NCBI GenBank assembly: GCA_040901675.1
Contig: JBBDYJ010000016.1
Coordinates: 72,779-136,778 of the forward strand
Length of the DNA: 64,000 nucleotides
Direction: 5' to 3'
DNA from: Pirellulales bacterium
GTDB lineage: Bacteria > Planctomycetota > Planctomycetia > Pirellulales > JAICIG01
Shown: one piece after another, positions 46,393 through 56,189 of the stretch
Layout of the letters: every line of letters starts with the position of its first letter
Numbering within the stretch: position 1 is the stretch's first letter
Notes under the pieces: model-generated
What the model was told of the DNA's origin: nothing
Database searches by the model: none
What the model saw: only the letters and a program-made list of their open reading frames with translations
Program-made: the position numbers and the translations under genes

Positions 46393-47271
46393 ATGATTTG
46401 GTTTCCAGGCAAACGAGCTCTCCGCCGCACCCTGGGTGCTGCCAATTGGCAGCATGCCCGGTGCCTGTTCGTCTTGTCCACGGGCCGCGTGGGCACGGTG
46501 ACGCTGATGCACCTCCTCCGCTTGTCGAACCAGGTGCGCGCTTGGCACGAGCCGGAGCCTCAACTCATCGCGGAAGCGAAAGCGGCCCATGCCGGGTTGG
46601 CCAAAGACCGAGTCGCCTTCCAGCGGATTTTCCGGGATGCCAAGGCGGTGGAGATCGGGATTGCCGTGGTGCGAAAGCGCATTTATGCCGAAACGTCGAA
46701 CCGGCTCACGTTCTTCGCCCCGGCGATCGCCGAGGCCCTTCCGGGGGCCCGCTTCCTCCACCTCTATCGGCATCCCGCGGAAGTGGTCCGCTCCGGCATG
46801 CGGCGAGGATGGTATTTGAACAACGAGTTCGATGTCCACCGTATTGAGCCGTTGCCGGATGACGAAGCCTATGATCGTTGGAGCGGGTGGGACGCCTTCT
46901 CCAAGAACTGTTGGAACTGGCAAGCCGTGAACCGGTTTGCTCTCGACTTTCAAGAGTCCATCGAGCCGCGGCGGTTCCTCGCCATCTCCAGCGAGGAGCT
47001 TATTCAGAGCAGCCGCGGCTCCTATGCAAGGATTTTCGATTTCCTGTCGATCCCGGCCCCCAGCCGCGAGCGGGCCGAATCCGTGCTCAGCCAAAGGTAC
47101 AACCTGCAAAAAGAGGGGGACTTTCCCCGCTATTGCGACTGGGACGAGCGGCAACGTGCCATCCTGGAACAAATCGCCGGACCGGTTGCCCAGCGGCTGG
47201 GATATGTTCTGTCGGCCGGCTCTCGCTCGGCGGCCCCGCACGGCGCCGTGGCCCGCGCCGCAGGCGCATAG
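46393..47271 (+). CDS. sulfotransferase-like P-loop protein
   Basis: FVLSTGRVGTVTL, HEPEP, FLHLYRHP..VVRS; AGGAG RBS. Confidence 0.75.
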   Translation: MIWFPGKRALRRTLGAANWQHARCLFVLSTGRVGTVTLMHLLRLSNQVRAWHEPEPQLIAEAKAAHAGLAKDRVAFQRIFRDAKAVEIGIAVVRKRIYAETSNRLTFFAPAIAEALPGARFLHLYRHPAEVVRSGMRRGWYLNNEFDVHRIEPLPDDEAYDRWSGWDAFSKNCWNWQAVNRFALDFQESIEPRRFLAISSEELIQSSRGSYARIFDFLSIPAPSRERAESVLSQRYNLQKEGDFPRYCDWDERQRAILEQIAGPVAQRLGYVLSAGSRSAAPHGAVARAAGA

Positions 47272-47272
47272 C

Positions 47273-48241
47273 ATGCCCACCCGGCCAACTGACACGTTGT
47301 CGTCCGCTGCCGGCGCCCGCCCGCGGGTCTCCGTCGTGATTCCTTGCTACAATGCCGCCTTGTTTCTGGCCGAGACGATTCGCTCCGCACTCGGCCAAAC
47401 GTGCGCGCCGGCCGAAGTCATCGTCGTGGACGATGGTTCCACCGACGACTCGGCAAAAGTGGCTCGATCGTTTGGCCCGCCGGTGCGCCTGGTCTGTCAG
47501 CCCAACCAGGGGGAATCGGTGGCCAGGAACCGCGGCGTCGAGGAGGCCGCCGGCGAATGGGTTGCCTTTCTCGACGCCGACGACGTCTGGGAACCCAATA
47601 AGCTCGAGCTCCAATGGCGGGCGGCTGAGAATGATCCCGCCGTCGTTTGCATTTATTGCGCGCACTACACGTTCGGCCGCCGCAGCTCACGCCCACCCCT
47701 GCCGGCGCCCCAAGCTTGTAACGTCGAAACCCTGCTGCTCGAGCCCTTGATCCACGTCTCCACTGCCATGGTCCAGCGCTCCCTGCCAGTCAGGTTTCCA
47801 GTCTGGACCAGAGATTCCGAGGACATGATCTACTTTGCCGAATTGGCGGTGCACGGCCGGTTTGCGCAAGTGCCTCTGCCGCTGGTGGGCTACCGGGTGC
47901 ACGCGGCCATGCAGACCCGCTCGCCGGGCCACAAAGTGCGCAGTTGGACGAGCCGGCGCGCCTGGCTGCTCCGCGACGATTCGCCATTGGATGCTACGCG
48001 GCGGGCACGCCTCCACGAGCTGCTCGGGCGGCAGCTTGTGGACTGGATTCACCATGCGCGTTGGCACCGCGACTGGCAGACCTATTGGACGCTGCGCGAG
48101 TTGGCGGCCGGCCTTCCCTGGCAGGAACCGGTCCCGGCCGTGCTGCGAGAGAGGCCTTACCCCCGGGCCGTCTACGCGGTCAGGGACCAATGGCGCGCCA
48201 TCGCGTCGCGTTTTCGCCGACAGGAGCTGCCGCAGCCATGA
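47273..48241 (+). CDS. glycosyltransferase family 2
   Basis: VSVVIPCYN, VVDDGSTD, NQGESVARN, FLDADD. Confidence 0.92.
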   Translation: MPTRPTDTLSSAAGARPRVSVVIPCYNAALFLAETIRSALGQTCAPAEVIVVDDGSTDDSAKVARSFGPPVRLVCQPNQGESVARNRGVEEAAGEWVAFLDADDVWEPNKLELQWRAAENDPAVVCIYCAHYTFGRRSSRPPLPAPQACNVETLLLEPLIHVSTAMVQRSLPVRFPVWTRDSEDMIYFAELAVHGRFAQVPLPLVGYRVHAAMQTRSPGHKVRSWTSRRAWLLRDDSPLDATRRARLHELLGRQLVDWIHHARWHRDWQTYWTLRELAAGLPWQEPVPAVLRERPYPRAVYAVRDQWRAIASRFRRQELPQP

Positions 48242-48340
48242 CCCGCGCTCCGGACACGTTCGCGCCTCATGATCCGCGGCATGATGCCGCGCAGCGGCAC
48301 GAATTTCCTCGCCGATGCGTTGAGCCTTCAGCCCGACATC
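48238..48340 (+). pseudogene. 5' remnant of a sulfotransferase gene
   Basis: Coupled ATG (ATGA overlap, AGGAG upstream); then in a shifted frame LMIRGMMPRSGTNFLADALSLQPDI, which runs into the stop of an inverted gene. Confidence 0.65.
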
Positions 48341-49017
48341 TACAAGGTCGTGCCGTCCAGCAGAAAAAACAACTTTCCGGCTGTCATCCCACGAATCGTG
48401 TCCACGCGCAGGGCCGAGAACTGGGAGCCGTATCGCTGCCGGACTTCTTCAGCCGTCTGGAAGTAGCGGACGTGGGCCCGAGCAGGAAAATTAGGAACAC
48501 TGCCGATGAACCGCGTGCCTGGCGCGATTCTTCCCAGCAGCCGAGCGTCCTCATGGATGTGCTCCAGAACCTCCATGGCCAGAACACAATCATAGTCGAG
48601 CGTGGAGAACAGGTCTGTCTCGAAGAAGTCGGCCGCGTAAAAGGCGTACTCCGGGCAGACCTGCCGCGCGGCCTCGATGCGCTTGGAGCTGAAGTCGACG
48701 CCCACGTATCGCTCGAGCCCGTTGTCGGCAAGCAGGCGAGCGAGCTGCCCGGGCCCGCAGCCAAGATCGAGCACCGACCTCACCTTGCCCAGCCTGATCC
48801 GGTCCGCCACCACGCACCAGAGCGGATAATAGTGCGATTCGTAGTACGGCCGCTTCCAATGAGCGGCCTCTTCAAATGTGCGGTCATAGAAATCGGCCGG
48901 CTGTTCCTCCGCCGCAACAGCGGAATCTCGCCGTGGCCGTCTGAACAATCTGCGCGCGACGTCCCATACAAGTGGAGGGGTGATGCGTTTCGCTATGCCC
49001 ATAAATACTATGTCCAT
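48340..49017 (-). CDS. class I SAM-dependent methyltransferase
   Basis: VLDLGCGPG, YVGVDFS, MEVLEHI; oriented opposite to the operon. Start at 49017 or 49002. Confidence 0.88.
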   Translation of the reverse strand: MDIVFMGIAKRITPPLVWDVARRLFRRPRRDSAVAAEEQPADFYDRTFEEAAHWKRPYYESHYYPLWCVVADRIRLGKVRSVLDLGCGPGQLARLLADNGLERYVGVDFSSKRIEAARQVCPEYAFYAADFFETDLFSTLDYDCVLAMEVLEHIHEDARLLGRIAPGTRFIGSVPNFPARAHVRYFQTAEEVRQRYGSQFSALRVDTIRGMTAGKLFFLLDGTTL

Positions 49018-49153
49018 AAATGCTCTCGCTTCCCCGACGAACAACGCCTGCGGGTAAGCCGGCCTTTTTACCATAATCGAAGAGCCGGCCAAGGGGCAGT
49101 GCGGCTCGCCTGGCTCCTTTGAACCTCTACCGTCTCGGCTCCAGCAGGCAAGC

Positions 49154-50065
49154 ATGTCCCGGCCGCTCGTTTCCGTCGTGATACCCGCCTACAACTACGG
49201 CCACTACGTGACCCAGGCGGTCGATAGTGTTTTGGCTCAGACGTATCCCAACGTCGAAATCGTCGTAGTCGACGACGGGAGCACCGACGACACTCCCGAC
49301 AGGCTGAAGCCATACCTCGGCAAAATCGTTTACATCCGGCAGGAGAACCAAGGCTTGTCGGCGGCAAGGAATACCGGCATCCGCCAGGCCCGCGGCGAAT
49401 GGATCGCCTTGCTGGATGCCGACGACCTGTGGCACCCGGGCAAGCTGGAGGTTCAGTTGGCGGCCGCGGACAAGTTTGGTCCGGCAGGGCTCGTCGGCTC
49501 CCCGGTGGCTCACCAGATGCCTGAAAGGCTTGCGGCCGATCCGCCCGTGAAGGCTTTGAGCGTCGCCGACTTCCTTACATCGACCCCTCTCACTTCTTCG
49601 TCGGCGCTGATTCGCCGCGGTTGCTTCGAGCGAGTCGGGCTGTTCGATACCAGCCTGCGCTCGGTCGAGGACCGCGATATGTGGCTGCGCGTGGCGGCGG
49701 AGTTTCCGGCCCTGCAGGTGATCAGCCCTTGCTGGACGTACCGGCAGCATCCGGGACAGATGAACCGGCACCCCCGCAGGATGCGCCTCAGCTACAGCCG
49801 CGTGCTCGCCAGGTTCTTCCGGCAGCATCCCCAGTGGCGAAGGCTCGAAAACGCTGCCTGGAGCTACCTCTACCTCGACGCAGCGCAATGTCACCTCCAG
49901 GCCGGCAATCGCCTGCACGCCGCGGTATTCCTTGGTCGCTCGCTCCTCCGCCGTCCTTGGACGTCGCCTTCCAAACGCCCCTGGTTACGGTTCAAGATGA
50001 CGATCCGCCTGATTCTGGGGGACAGCGTTTTTCAGGCTCTGAAGCCCCGCAAACCAGTCGTATGA
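49154..50065 (+). CDS. glycosyltransferase family 2
   Basis: VSVVIPAYN, VVDDGSTD, NQGLSAARN, LLDADD, EDRDMWLR. Confidence 0.94.
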   Translation: MSRPLVSVVIPAYNYGHYVTQAVDSVLAQTYPNVEIVVVDDGSTDDTPDRLKPYLGKIVYIRQENQGLSAARNTGIRQARGEWIALLDADDLWHPGKLEVQLAAADKFGPAGLVGSPVAHQMPERLAADPPVKALSVADFLTSTPLTSSSALIRRGCFERVGLFDTSLRSVEDRDMWLRVAAEFPALQVISPCWTYRQHPGQMNRHPRRMRLSYSRVLARFFRQHPQWRRLENAAWSYLYLDAAQCHLQAGNRLHAAVFLGRSLLRRPWTSPSKRPWLRFKMTIRLILGDSVFQALKPRKPVV

Positions 50066-51300
50066 CAGTCGGCCGAATTCTCGAGCGCGAGTCGAGCACG
50101 CCTCGGCGAGTCCGCGCCGACAACCGCTTGATCGCTCCCGCCAGCCACGAACCGTCACGCGCCTTGCACGTCGCGCACGTTGTTTTGTCGCTCGACGTGG
50201 GAGGCCTCGAGCGGCTCGTCGTCGACCTGGTCCGGGCCGGGCGAGCAGCCGGCCAAACGGCCAGTGTCGTTTGTATCGAGCGTCCCGGCCTGTTGGCCCC
50301 CCGCGCCCAAGACGCCGGCGCGGTGGTGATCAGTCTCGACAAGCCGCCCGGCACTCACCCGCTCCTCATCGGACGGCTTCGCAAGCTGTTCGCTGCGCTG
50401 CGCCCCGACGTGGTTCACACGCACCAGATCGGCGCGCTGTTCTATGCCGGTCCCGCCGCCCGGTACGCCGGCGTCCGAGCCGTGGTGCACACCGAGCACG
50501 GCAAACATTATTCCACCCGCTGGCGGACCCGCGTGCTGGGCCGCCTCGCCGGCCGCTATGCGCAGCGCTTCCTCTGCGTCTCGACCGATATTGCCCGGGA
50601 AGTGCGCGCCCGGCGGATCGTGCCCCCAGCCAAGGTTCACTTTGCTGCCAACGGTATCGACCTGGCCCCTTTCGCAACCGCCGAAGCCGGCGCGGGCCGC
50701 CGGACGGCCTGCGGCATCGACGCCGACGCCTTTGTGGTCGGCACCGTCGGCCGGCTCGCCGAGGTCAAGCGGCAGGATCTCCTGCTGGCGGCCTTCGCCG
50801 AATTTAAAAAGAGCACGCCCGCTGCGCATCTGCTCATTGTCGGCGACGGCCCTTGGCAAGGCCGGCTTGCCAGGCTGGCCGCCGAGCTCCGAGTCGCCGA
50901 CTCCGTCTACTTTGCCGGCTACCAGGAGCGCCCCGAGGACTGGTTGGGCCTGATGGACGTCTTCTGTCTGACGAGTCGTTCGGAGGGCATGCCCCTGGGC
51001 GTACTCGAAGCCTGGGCCGCAGGCGTGCCGGTCGTCGCCAGTGCCGTCGGCGGTTTGCCCGACCTGGTGCAACAAGGACGTACCGGCCTCTTAGTGCCGT
51101 TTGAAGACACGGCAGCCCTGGTGTCGGCCTGGCGGCGCTTGTGGGGCGATCCGCAGCTCCGCGGGCGACTGTCCGAAGCCGGCGCGGCCGAGGTGACCGC
51201 CGAATTCAGCTTGGGTGCCATGCTCGATCGGTACCAGGCGCATTACCGCGAGGTCCTGGGACAGACTGTGCTGGGACCTACCGCGGGAGCCCGGGCATGA
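50062..51300 (+). CDS. glycosyltransferase family 4
   Basis: LDVGGLERLV, VVHTEHG, VGRLAEVK, SRSEGMPLGVLEA. Confidence 0.92.
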   Translation: MTVGRILERESSTPRRVRADNRLIAPASHEPSRALHVAHVVLSLDVGGLERLVVDLVRAGRAAGQTASVVCIERPGLLAPRAQDAGAVVISLDKPPGTHPLLIGRLRKLFAALRPDVVHTHQIGALFYAGPAARYAGVRAVVHTEHGKHYSTRWRTRVLGRLAGRYAQRFLCVSTDIAREVRARRIVPPAKVHFAANGIDLAPFATAEAGAGRRTACGIDADAFVVGTVGRLAEVKRQDLLLAAFAEFKKSTPAAHLLIVGDGPWQGRLARLAAELRVADSVYFAGYQERPEDWLGLMDVFCLTSRSEGMPLGVLEAWAAGVPVVASAVGGLPDLVQQGRTGLLVPFEDTAALVSAWRRLWGDPQLRGRLSEAGAAEVTAEFSLGAMLDRYQAHYREVLGQTVLGPTAGARA

Positions 51301-52556
51301 GAGTCCTGGCCCTCACCAATCTTTACCCGAACCCCTACCAGCCTCACCGCGGGCAGTTCAATCGGCAGCAGTTGCGCGCTTTGGCCGAGGGGCATGAGCT
51401 GAGGGTGATTGCGCCGATCGCCTGGACCGACGAAGTCGCCTTGCGCCGGCTCAACCGCTCCCGCCTGTTACCCGGCCGCCGCGCCTGCTGCGACGGTCTG
51501 GATGTCGTGCACCCGAGATACCTGTTCACTCCCAAGATGCTCCGCGGCTGGTACGGGCATTTCTTCCGCTGGTCGGTCCGCGCCGCGTTTCGAGATGCCC
51601 TGGCGCGGTTTCAGCCTGAACTGGTCTACGCTTCCTGGGCCTACCCGGATGGTTGGGCGGCCGTCCGACTGGCCCGGCAAGCCGGCCTGCCGGTTGTGAT
51701 CAAGGTACACGGCTCGGACGTGCTCCAGCTCCAATCGTACCCGGCACGCCGCCGGCCGACGGTGGAGGCGCTCGTGGAGGCCGACGGCGTGGTCGCCGTC
51801 AGCCGCGACATTGAAAGACATCTCGGCCGGCTGGGCGTCGAGCGGGGGCGTATTCGCGTGGTCTACAACGGCGTCGATACCGAACGCTTCCGGCCGGGCC
51901 CCATGGCCGAGGCCCGCCGCCGGCTCGAGCTGCCGGCGGAGGAGCCGCTCGTGCTCTTTGTCGGCAATCTGCTTCCCGTCAAAGGCCTCGACGTGCTGCT
52001 CGATGCTTGCGCCCTGCTGCGGAAGCGTCAAGGGCGGTTCCACTGCCTCATCCTGGGGCAGGGCCCCCTGCGGCCCCGGCTCGAGCGGCTTGTCCGGCGG
52101 TTGCAACTGTTTGACCATGTACGCTTGCTCGGATCGCGGCCCCACGACCAACTGCCCGACTGGTACCGCGCGGCCGACGTGGTGGTGCTGCCCAGCCGCT
52201 CCGAAGGCGTCCCCAACGTCCTGCTGGAGGCCGCCGCCTGTGGCGTTCCTTGGGTTGCCAGCGCGGTGGGTGGGATTTCGGAGATTGCCCGCTTCGGTGC
52301 CAGCGCTCTGGTGCCTGCCGGCGATGCCAGCGCCCTGGCCGCCGCCTTGGAGCAACGCCTTCAGGACAGGCGGCGCGGGCCGGTCGCCGTTTCCAATCTT
52401 CGCACTCATACCCAAGCGGCGCGTGAGCTCTGCGATCTGTTTCTGGAGCTGACCGCCGGCCGCTCTTCCCAGGGCGCCGCGAACAGACAGGTTCTCCACG
52501 ACGAGGCGGCCAGACAACGAAGCCCCCTTGCCGCCGAATCGGGATCCCCCTGGTGA
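51297..52556 (+). CDS. glycosyltransferase family 4 (TuaC-like)
   Basis: TNLYPNP, WAYPDG, KVHGSDV, SRSEGVPNVLLEA. Confidence 0.92.
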   Translation: MRVLALTNLYPNPYQPHRGQFNRQQLRALAEGHELRVIAPIAWTDEVALRRLNRSRLLPGRRACCDGLDVVHPRYLFTPKMLRGWYGHFFRWSVRAAFRDALARFQPELVYASWAYPDGWAAVRLARQAGLPVVIKVHGSDVLQLQSYPARRRPTVEALVEADGVVAVSRDIERHLGRLGVERGRIRVVYNGVDTERFRPGPMAEARRRLELPAEEPLVLFVGNLLPVKGLDVLLDACALLRKRQGRFHCLILGQGPLRPRLERLVRRLQLFDHVRLLGSRPHDQLPDWYRAADVVVLPSRSEGVPNVLLEAAACGVPWVASAVGGISEIARFGASALVPAGDASALAAALEQRLQDRRRGPVAVSNLRTHTQAARELCDLFLELTAGRSSQGAANRQVLHDEAARQRSPLAAESGSPW

Positions 52557-53986
52557 AAATTCTCTTCCTGCAAAAGCGGCTGCTGTTCCCTCACGACACC
52601 GGCCTGCGGATCCGCACCCTCAACGTGGTGCGCTACCTGGCGCGCTGGCACGACGTCACCTACCTCTGCAACGTGCAGTCCGCAGAAGAGCCGTACCTCG
52701 AGCCGATGCGCAAGCTGGGACTCAGGCTCGAGACGGTTCCCTGGCGCGAGACCCGCCGCGCGAGCGCCCGCTTTTATTGCGACCTGCTGCGGAATCTCGT
52801 CTCCTCGTATCCCTTCACGGCGCAGAAGAATTTCGACCCGGCCCTCAAGGCCCGGGCAGCCGCGCTCCTGGCCGAACAGGACTACGACCTCCTGATCTGC
52901 GATACCGTGATGATGGCTCGCAACTGCATCGGCCTGGGCCGCCTGCCGCGGGTCCTGTTCCAACATAATGTCGAGTCGCAGATCCTGGCTCGGCACGCCA
53001 GCGACGGACCCCACTGGCTGCGCCGCGGGTACATGGCCCTGCAGTGCCGCAAAATGCGCCGCTTCGAGGCCTGGGCCGGCCGGCAGTTCGACGCCATCGT
53101 CGCCGTCAGCGGCCACGACCGCAACTTCTTCGAGCAGCAGTACGGTTGGCGGCACGTGCAGGCCATCGACACGGCCGTCGACATCGAGTACTTCCAGCCC
53201 TCCCCTGCACCCGCCGCACCCGATCGCGTGGTCTTTCTGGGTTCGATGGACTGGCTGCCCAACCAGGACGGTGTGATGCACTTCGTGCGCCACGTCTGGC
53301 CCCGTGTAATGGCCGAGCGGCCGCGGGCCAGCTTTCAAGTGGTAGGCCGCAATCCCCCGCCCGCCGTTTTGCGCCTGGCACAGCAGCCCGGAGTGGAAGT
53401 GGTCGGAACCGTGCTCGACGTGCGGCCTTATCTGGCGGGGGCTTCGGTGGTCGTCGTTCCGCTGCTGGTCGGCGGAGGCACGCGCATCAAGATCTTCGAA
53501 GCCTTGAGTATGGAGAAGGCGGTGGTCAGCACCTCGCTGGGCGCCGAGGGATTGCCGGTCGAGCCCGGCCGCCACCTGCTCGTGGCCGACGACCCGGCCG
53601 GCTTCGCCAGATCGGTGCTCACCCTGCTGGACGAACCTCACCAGGCCGCTCGCCTTGGGCAGGCCGGCCGCGAACTGGTCCGGCAATCGTACTGTGCCGA
53701 GAAGATAGCCCGGCAGTTCGAAGCCATCTGTCTCGAGGCGGCCGGCCTGGTTCACGACGTTGGCCCCTCGGTGGCCGCGGTGGCCGTCGATCAGGCCGCA
53801 CGCCTGGAAGAAGGGCACCTTCGTAGTGGGGTTCGTCTCGTCGGCGGTCGTGCCGCGCCACTGGAACAATCGCAAGTTCGTAGTGACCCGGCTCGACTGA
53901 GCTCGCCGAAGTCCATTCATGGGGTCCGTCTCGTCGGCGATCGTGCCGCGCCACTGGAACAATCGCAAGAAGGAAGCCTGCTATGA
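52553..53986 (+). CDS. glycosyltransferase family 4 with repeat-derived C-terminal tail
   Basis: QHNVES, FLGSMDWLPNQDG, GGGTRIKIFEA, STSLGAEGL. Confidence 0.9.
   Translation: MKILFLQKRLLFPHDTGLRIRTLNVVRYLARWHDVTYLCNVQSAEEPYLEPMRKLGLRLETVPWRETRRASARFYCDLLRNLVSSYPFTAQKNFDPALKARAAALLAEQDYDLLICDTVMMARNCIGLGRLPRVLFQHNVESQILARHASDGPHWLRRGYMALQCRKMRRFEAWAGRQFDAIVAVSGHDRNFFEQQYGWRHVQAIDTAVDIEYFQPSPAPAAPDRVVFLGSMDWLPNQDGVMHFVRHVWPRVMAERPRASFQVVGRNPPPAVLRLAQQPGVEVVGTVLDVRPYLAGASVVVVPLLVGGGTRIKIFEALSMEKAVVSTSLGAEGLPVEPGRHLLVADDPAGFARSVLTLLDEPHQAARLGQAGRELVRQSYCAEKIARQFEAICLEAAGLVHDVGPSVAAVAVDQAARLEEGHLRSGVRLVGGRAAPLEQSQVRSDPARLSSPKSIHGVRLVGDRAAPLEQSQEGSLL
53820..53969 (+). repeat. 49-bp direct duplication flanking an interrupted GTAG REP
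   Basis: GGGGTYCGTCTCGTCGGCGRTCGTGCCGCGCCACTGGAACAATCGCAAG at 53828 and 53921, with GTAGTGACCC[24 nt]CATTCATGGGGTC spanning the interval. Confidence 0.85.
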
Positions 53987-55284
53987 CGCGAGTCGCCGTT
54001 TTTGGAATGGGTTACGTGGGCTGCGTGACCGCGGCCTGCCTGGCCCGCGATGGTTTTGATTTGATCGGCGTCGATATCGATCCGGACAAGGTCCGGGCAA
54101 TCAACGCCGGCCAAAGCCCCGTCTGCGAGCCGGGCCTGAGCGAGCTCATAGCCGAACAGGTATCCGCCGGCCGGCTGCGGGCCACGCTCGATCTGACCCA
54201 GGCCGTGGGCGAATCGGACCTGGCCCTCGTGACCGTCGGGACTCCTTCGGACCTGGAGGGCTCGGTGTGCAGCCGCGCGGTGGAGCGCGTCGTCGAGTCG
54301 ATCGGGCTGGCACTGGCGGGCACCGATCGAGAGTACACGGTGGTTGTCCGCTCCACACTCCTGCCGGGCATCCTCGAAGAACGCCTGGCGCCGCTGTTGG
54401 CCGAAGCTTCCGGCCGCCAATTGGGCGACAATTTGTGGCTCACGAACAACCCCGAGTTCCTGCGCGAGAGCTCCGCGATCAGCGATTACGATCACCCACC
54501 ATATGTCGTGGTCGGGGCCCTCGACGGCTGGGAGGCGGCGCCGGTCCTCGATCTTTACCCCCGCGTGACCGGCCAGCGGCTGGTAACCGACACCCGCACG
54601 GCCGCCTTGCTCAAATATGCCTGCAATGCGTTCCATGCCCTCAAGGTCAGCTTTGCCAACGAAATCGGCACGCTGGCCCGCTCGCTAGGCGCCGATGGCC
54701 ACGAGGTCATGCGCCTTGTCTGCCAGGACCGCAAGCTGAATATCTCTGCCGCCTACCTGCGGCCCGGCTTCGCGTTCGGAGGTTCCTGCCTGCCCAAGGA
54801 TCTGCGGGCAGTTCTCCGCTACGCGGCGCAGAAGGCGGTCAAGCTCGATCTGCTGGATGCCATCCTCCCCTCGAACCAGACCCATCTCGAACGCGCGCTG
54901 AGGCTCGTCCAGGAGGGCGGCCAGCGGAACATCGGCGTGGTGGGGCTCAGCTTCAAGGCCGAAACCGACGACCTCCGCGAAAGCCCGCTGGTGATTCTCA
55001 TCGAGACCCTGCTGGGACGCGGCTACGATATCAAGATCTACGACCCATATGTCGCGGTCAGCCGGCTGCGGGGCCGCAACCTGGCCTACGTGGACCGTCA
55101 CCTGCCGCACCTGGCGGCCTTGCTGGTCGACGATCCGGCCGCGTTGTACGATCACGCGGGACTGCTGGTATTGGGAAGCAACGTGGCCGAAACACTCGAC
55201 TGGCGGGGCAAGTTCAGGGGCGACGTGCTCGACTTGCGCCGCGATCTGGCTATCGCACGTCCCAGCATGGTTGCCGCTTCATGA
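53983..55284 (+). CDS. UDP-glucose/GDP-mannose dehydrogenase (AlgD-like)
   Basis: GMGYVG, VGTPS, NPEFLRE, KYACNAFHALKVSFANEIG, FGGSCLPKD, DDLRESP. Confidence 0.93.
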   Translation: MTRVAVFGMGYVGCVTAACLARDGFDLIGVDIDPDKVRAINAGQSPVCEPGLSELIAEQVSAGRLRATLDLTQAVGESDLALVTVGTPSDLEGSVCSRAVERVVESIGLALAGTDREYTVVVRSTLLPGILEERLAPLLAEASGRQLGDNLWLTNNPEFLRESSAISDYDHPPYVVVGALDGWEAAPVLDLYPRVTGQRLVTDTRTAALLKYACNAFHALKVSFANEIGTLARSLGADGHEVMRLVCQDRKLNISAAYLRPGFAFGGSCLPKDLRAVLRYAAQKAVKLDLLDAILPSNQTHLERALRLVQEGGQRNIGVVGLSFKAETDDLRESPLVILIETLLGRGYDIKIYDPYVAVSRLRGRNLAYVDRHLPHLAALLVDDPAALYDHAGLLVLGSNVAETLDWRGKFRGDVLDLRRDLAIARPSMVAAS

Positions 55285-56189
55285 GAGTCGCTACGTCCAT
55301 TCTGCCGGCGCGCAAACAGTTGGCCTACTTTCCGCACCCATTGGCCACCGTCTCGCCCCGAGACTTGCTGCTGCTGGAGTTGCTCGAACCGTCGCCCGAC
55401 GAGCTGGCCTTGGAAGTCGGCACGGGCAGCGGCAGCTCGCTGTTCCGGCTGGCCCCCCTGGTGCGCGAGCTGCACGGCGCCGACGTTTCGACCGCTCCCG
55501 TCCGTCGGCTGGCGAGGTTTGCGGAAAAGTCCCGTGGGCCGGCCGCCCGCGTCCGCCTGTTTGTCCACGACTTTTGCACTCCCGGCCTGGCCGGCTCGTT
55601 CGCGGACCGGTATGACTTGATTCTGAGCTGCGACACGCTGGAGCACGTGCGGGACCCGGCTGCCTTCCTTGCCAATGTGCATGACTTGCTGCGGCCCGGC
55701 GGCCGCGCATTCATCACGTTCCCCAACGAGCATCCGCGGCGGGCACATGGCATTACCTATTTCGAGCGGCGCATTCAGCTCGAGAGGCTGCTCGACGAGG
55801 CCGGCTTCGCGCGCGCTGACGTATTGCTGGCCAGCGTGCGCATGAACCGCGTCGCCGAACGGATCCTGAACGCACTGTGGCGCGTGCCCCGGCGGCTCGC
55901 CAAGGCCGCCTTGGCCGGCTGGCGCGGCGCGCGGGGCAAGCCTGCCGCGGCCCAAACTTTCGACGAGACGGATTTCTTTAACGCCGCCGACCGCCTCGAG
56001 TTCGCCGCCCCGTTGATCAACGCCTATTCCTGGGCGGTCATGTGGTTGATGCACTGTGCCCGGCCTGTTTACCAGGTCGACGGACTGCCGGATTGCATTT
56101 GGGACAAGCAGGTTCTGGTCCGCGCCGTTCGGCCTGCGACGGCCGCCCGCTTCAACGGTCAGCCCGCTTCGAGCACCGCTTCGACATGA
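55281..56189 (+). CDS. class I SAM-dependent methyltransferase
   Basis: ALEVGTGSG, GADVS, DTLEHVRDP, LLRPGG; ATGA-coupled at both ends. Confidence 0.87.
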   Translation: MRVATSILPARKQLAYFPHPLATVSPRDLLLLELLEPSPDELALEVGTGSGSSLFRLAPLVRELHGADVSTAPVRRLARFAEKSRGPAARVRLFVHDFCTPGLAGSFADRYDLILSCDTLEHVRDPAAFLANVHDLLRPGGRAFITFPNEHPRRAHGITYFERRIQLERLLDEAGFARADVLLASVRMNRVAERILNALWRVPRRLAKAALAGWRGARGKPAAAQTFDETDFFNAADRLEFAAPLINAYSWAVMWLMHCARPVYQVDGLPDCIWDKQVLVRAVRPATAARFNGQPASSTAST

